A DNA stretch of 63,887 nt, counting the filler, from Sphacelaria rigidula (lineage: Eukaryota), in the NCBI GenBank assembly GCA_964200075.2. It is 8 parts of 8 records of this genome, joined end to end, with 100 filler letters (N's around TTAATTAATTAA, not from the genome) between each part and the next. Parts side by side here need not be neighbours in the genome. Positions count along the whole stretch, not along the records: positions 55,992 to 63,887 come from CAXNAA020013060.1; 7 more parts are not named here. The stretch is one strand, 5' to 3'. The number at the start of each line of letters is the position of its first letter. The first letter of the stretch is position 1. The translations under genes and the position numbers were made by a program. This document shows positions 59,722-63,887 of this stretch, one piece after another. Below the pieces are notes generated by a model that was not told where the DNA came from, ran no database searches, and saw only the letters and a program-made list of their open reading frames with translations.

Positions 59722-62700
59722 CTCCCCCACGATCGTACAGCGGTGACACCAGAGAGCTGATACGATCACACCCAACGTGCTAGACACGAGGCAAATGAAT
59801 CTTGCCGTTGAATACCATAGCAGCCACGTGGTGGACGTGGACCCTCCGGACTCGTCCCGACTTCCACCGTATTTTCCGTTTTAACGTCCTTCGTCGAGAA
59901 CGACCACTCGAACGTTTGTTGGCTGTGTGCGAGGTTGTCCTTGCCTGGCATGCATTCCGCGCTCTTGCGTGGTCCCTCCACTACCTTTTTAGTTTCCTTC
60001 GCCGCGGGCTGTTCCTTCGCTTCTTGGTCAAGGCTAGGACCGTTCGCGCTCGGCACGGATCTATTCTTGAGTTTTGCTCTTTCGTTATCGCCCAGCGTCT
60101 CCGATGGTTCGATGATTCGGCCCTGTTCACGATCATGTCCGTTTGAGGAGGCTTGATCCTCCAGTCCGATCTGCTGCTCGTTTCATGTCTGGGATGCCTC
60201 GGTATTTGGGCCTTCGGAGCGCTAGTCCGCGCTTGGAGTCGCATGAGTTGCGGTAACCGCCGATGGCACCCGTGGTTCCAGCGCTTCACGGGCCTTTCGG
60301 CTCTGAGGCGTGCTGCCCTTTCGTTGGATTTCCTTTTCCGTAGCCACTTCTTACCTGTTAACATCAGGTCCTGCCACGGCTTCTTTCGCTGTCGACGGTT
60401 CATGTGGTCCAGTGACGATTCCGCCCCCGAGCATGCAGAATGTGCCTTTGTCCAGATCTTGTTGAAGGATGGCGAGGAGCTTTCCGTCATCAGAACTGGG
60501 GTCGTCAAAACTCCTAAAGCGTTGCTGTGCATTGTCCCCTGGATGCCGTTGCGCCAGCCGACTGGACGCGCGCAGTCCGCTGTCCGCAGAAGAGCGCTTC
60601 GATGATGTCGAGCCCTGTAGTGGCTGCCCACCCGGGCTATCATCGCCGTCGATTGGTGCTGCGTTCTCTCTTTCCGATGGTTCGTCCTCGTCGTCACCGA
60701 GTCCGACAGTCTTCAGCTCTCCCACGATGTCTAGGATCTTGGCCTCTCAGTCAAACGTGTTGTGTGAAGAGGATTCCTGTATCAGCCATACATACCGGCA
60801 GAGAGAGAGAGCCGATCGTGCCCCATCAAGATGCCACGCTTCGCATATGGGTGCAACTTTGCAGCGGAGCCGCGCTGCTGCTCGTGCTGGTGCACGAAAC
60901 ACTCGAATCCCCCCAAGTGTGAAGCCGGTCTTAGTTGAAAGGCTCTCCTGTCAGCCTCTCACATGGAGTCTTGCCCCCGAGGTACTCGGCGGGCATCCCT
61001 GCGGTCTTGAATGCCGCGTCTACCACAGCGAAGAACCCGCAATTCTCTCTGCGTCCCGCTTTCACCAGTCGGCTGCGTGCTATCCTCATCAGTTGCTGAA
61101 TTGCACGTTCAGCAATTCCTTCGCGGTTTCCTTGGCGGTGAGCAGCGCCACTTGATGCCGATGCCGCTATTGGCCAGCATGTGTTGAAATTTGGCTGACC
61201 CTCCAATTTCCCCGGCGCCGTCTCCGCTGATGCATTTGATGGCCACTCCCTCACGGGCCATTTCGTCGATATAGGCTCCCGTGGCGTCAGTGGCAGCATC
61301 TCGCGTCTTGAGTCCAACAACGTGCTTGTCTCGACTGCCCTCGTCCACGAAAACCTGGAAATATTTCATGCCCGTGACATCGGCGTGGAAAGGGCCTTCA
61401 ACGTCAGTGTGCAAAACGTCACCTGGTGCTTTGGGACTCCTGCCGCCGCGGCCGTAGCTGAGCACCTCAGACTTGCATTCCTTGCAGACGCTGCAGCGCA
61501 TCTCGGACGGCACCGTGGCATCAGTGACATCGATCAGCCAACGCTTCTCGAGGTGTTTCATGGCAACCCGATCGATGTGTCCCAACGTGTCGTGCCACTA
61601 CTTCAATGTGAGGCGCTGCCTCTTGTTTGCGAACGAAGCATGCGCCGACGCCGCATTTTTGCCGTTCCCCTGCAGCGATGCCGGCAGAGTCAGGAACCCT
61701 CTTTTCTCGGCTAGGGGGATCTTCGGTTCATCCTTCCTGAACCAGAGGTAGCTCTCCCTCCTGCCGGAATCCACGAATTCTCCTCCGTCACGCCGAGTCG
61801 GTCCGGTACTCAGCATCCGGCTACGTAGCCCAGGGACCCGAAGTACCTCCTTCAGTGTGACCTTTGCCGGAGCCTCCTTATCCCGAACGCTCACGTGCAA
61901 TGGGATCTCTCCCATTACCAGTGCCTGTAGCTACCCCTTGTTCCTAAATGTACAGCTTCGATTAACCGTGCGCGTGTCCCCGAGATCCTGTTTCCAGAGA
62001 GTCATGTGGACATTCGCTCCCGAGTCGCAGAGAATCGACACCTCTGTGTCACTGTTGGTCGACGTGTACACGGATATTATTCGCTCATCTTCGACTACGA
62101 CGTTCATCGTCATGAATGCCCTCGGTCTGTCCCTCCTCCCAGAACATCTGCCGTCTCGCGGAGGGGGTGGGAAAGTTTGTGCTGGGCTCATCCCCGCCGG
62201 TCGTTTAGCTGCAAGTTTGCCTTTGACGTAGGAGCGACACTCCCGCTACCTATGATTTCGCTTCATACAGTAGGCGCGTTGATTGCCATCGAGCTCCGAG
62301 TCGATTTTGTCGCCTTTCGTTCTCGATTGGAACGCAACTGCCTCATCACGACGTTCCATATCAGACGTTAGATATGCTGATGATGCTACGACTGCCCGTT
62401 TACGCTCATCGTACGTCATACCTGGCTGGGTCGGTAGCTGGATGAAATACTTGTGGAAGCGCCTCCTTGATCCCGAATAGAAGGGCTGCGCTCTTGGTCT
62501 CCTCGGCTTTGGTGCTTTCCAAGCGCTTCGAATTCCACCCAGATGGGTCCAGTTTCACCGTAAAATTTGCTGATTCTTCTGCAGGATTGCATCAGAGATC
62601 TCGCAGTCTTCGTTCCAATGCAAGTAGTTGCACAGGCCGCTCGTCCTGTGCACGTCCTCCGTAGGTCCGTTCCATCTCCAGCCAGGCTTCCCTGCCGTCG

Positions 62701-62800
62701 GGGTTGCCGACGTGCTCGCATCGTGCGACGATGGATGCGGCTGACCCTTCCGTAGCCAGTTCTAGGAGAAACCACAAGGACTACGTGTTGCGTTGGTGCG
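59722..62800 (-). mobile_element. Ty1/copia element: gag, protease, integrase; no RT/RNase H
   Basis: DGREAW (gag), ILCDSGANVHMT (protease), WHDTLGH..CSVC (zinc finger), LHTDVEGP, FVDEGSR, DGAGE, GIAER (integrase); few stops and frameshifts. Confidence 0.93.
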
Positions 62801-63524
62801 TTTCCTACGCCCTACGCCGGTCGAGTGTTGTCGTCGCTGTCCGAACGGCCGGTGTGGTATAATCCGGTCGCAGCAGGGGGTATAGTCCCCTCCCCCTGCG
62901 TATCCAGCGACGCAGAGTCTGCACGCGTCCCATGTTTCTCGCGAGTGCCCACGAGCGCCCGCCCAGACTGACAACTTGCGTGGGTCTGCTTCCATAGTGT
63001 AAATGTCTCAGTGAAGATGCGGTTAACGCACCTGACGGGAAAAGCTTTGTTTCGTGGGAACCATGGCACGTAAAACAACTCCCAGCATATCCGGGAAGAA
63101 ACAGTTCGATCCTCTATCACCCAAGCGTTCCAAAATTGAAATGAACCAAACTAAGTTTCAGAAGTATCAGTGGAGTATGGCTCTATTGGCGTAAAAAATG
63201 CAGCCAAAACACCCTACAGTATGTTGCAATAAAGATACACTTTACATAGCAGTTGATTTCTCGCGACCTGGGACGTTTCAGATCTTCTCCTTTGGTACAA
63301 ATGTTCGTGAGATTAGTCCAATCCGTTTTGCAGAAAACAAAAATGCGGGGATGAAAATGACCCACGTATCCCTTGGTTGTCGGAACAAATTTCACTATCA
63401 AGTCTGTTTGGCAACGCCGTACTCGACAAAAACTATACACATATTTTAACTAATTGTAATACGTTTTGACAATAATATCCCAAAACTTGGTGTTCATCGG
63501 GTACGATTAACGTACTCTACACAC

Positions 63525-63887
63525 CGCTCTCGGCGGAGCCCTCGATGGCAGAAGTGAAGCAAGCGGTGGGCAAACTGGCGAACAGTAAGGCCGTTGGGAC
63601 GGACGACATCTGTGGCGAACTGTTAAAGCTCGGTCGCGCCGAAGACTCTGCCATCTTGAAGTACCTCCACGACATCGTGCTCACCGTGTGGCGTCAGGAA
63701 GTTGTAACGCAAGAGTGGAAAGACACTATCATCAAGGTGCTCTTCAAGAAACATGGCCCGTACGAATGCGGCAACTACCGCGGTATTTCTCTCGGGTCCC
63801 ACGCGGGCAAGGTGGTGCTCAAGATAGTTGCGACTCGCCTCAGTGCCTACTGCGAGTGGAAGGGAATCCTCCCAGAAGCGCAATGCG
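63525..63887 (+). mobile_element. RTE-like LINE reverse transcriptase, 5'-truncated and cut by window end
   Basis: [30 protein letters not shown]...[37 protein letters not shown]; open frame. Confidence 0.92.

Overview
This is not one contiguous locus. It is eight unrelated contigs of about 7.9 kb (7901, 7900, 7900, 7898, 7898, 7897, 7897, 7896 bp, i.e. size-sorted) joined by artificial 100-nt N44-TTAATTAATTAA-N44 spacers. The DNA is from an intron-rich, transposon-rich eukaryote, by inference a stramenopile and probably a brown alga (long GT-AG introns, stramenopile-type atp9). Contig 1: a decayed Ty1/copia RT-RNaseH carrying nested MITEs, a tRNA-derived SINE and a mitochondrial insert (intact atp9 + trnG), followed by a LINE. 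Contig 2: mostly decayed retroelement DNA. Contig 3: seven exons of a two-pore channel-like gene. Contig 4, the most unusual: a ~3.5-kb open exon encoding a large tyrosine-recombinase-like protein, with upstream PHD-finger exons, convergent with an intronless virus-like kinase pseudogene. Contig 5: MITEs and piggyBac remnants. Contig 6: rearranged copia and LINE fragments plus tandem repeats. Contig 7: four PRPF8 exons. Contig 8: two exons of an unknown gene, an RT-less copia and an RTE-like LINE fragment. All protein-family calls come from motif recognition by eye; no database search was run.
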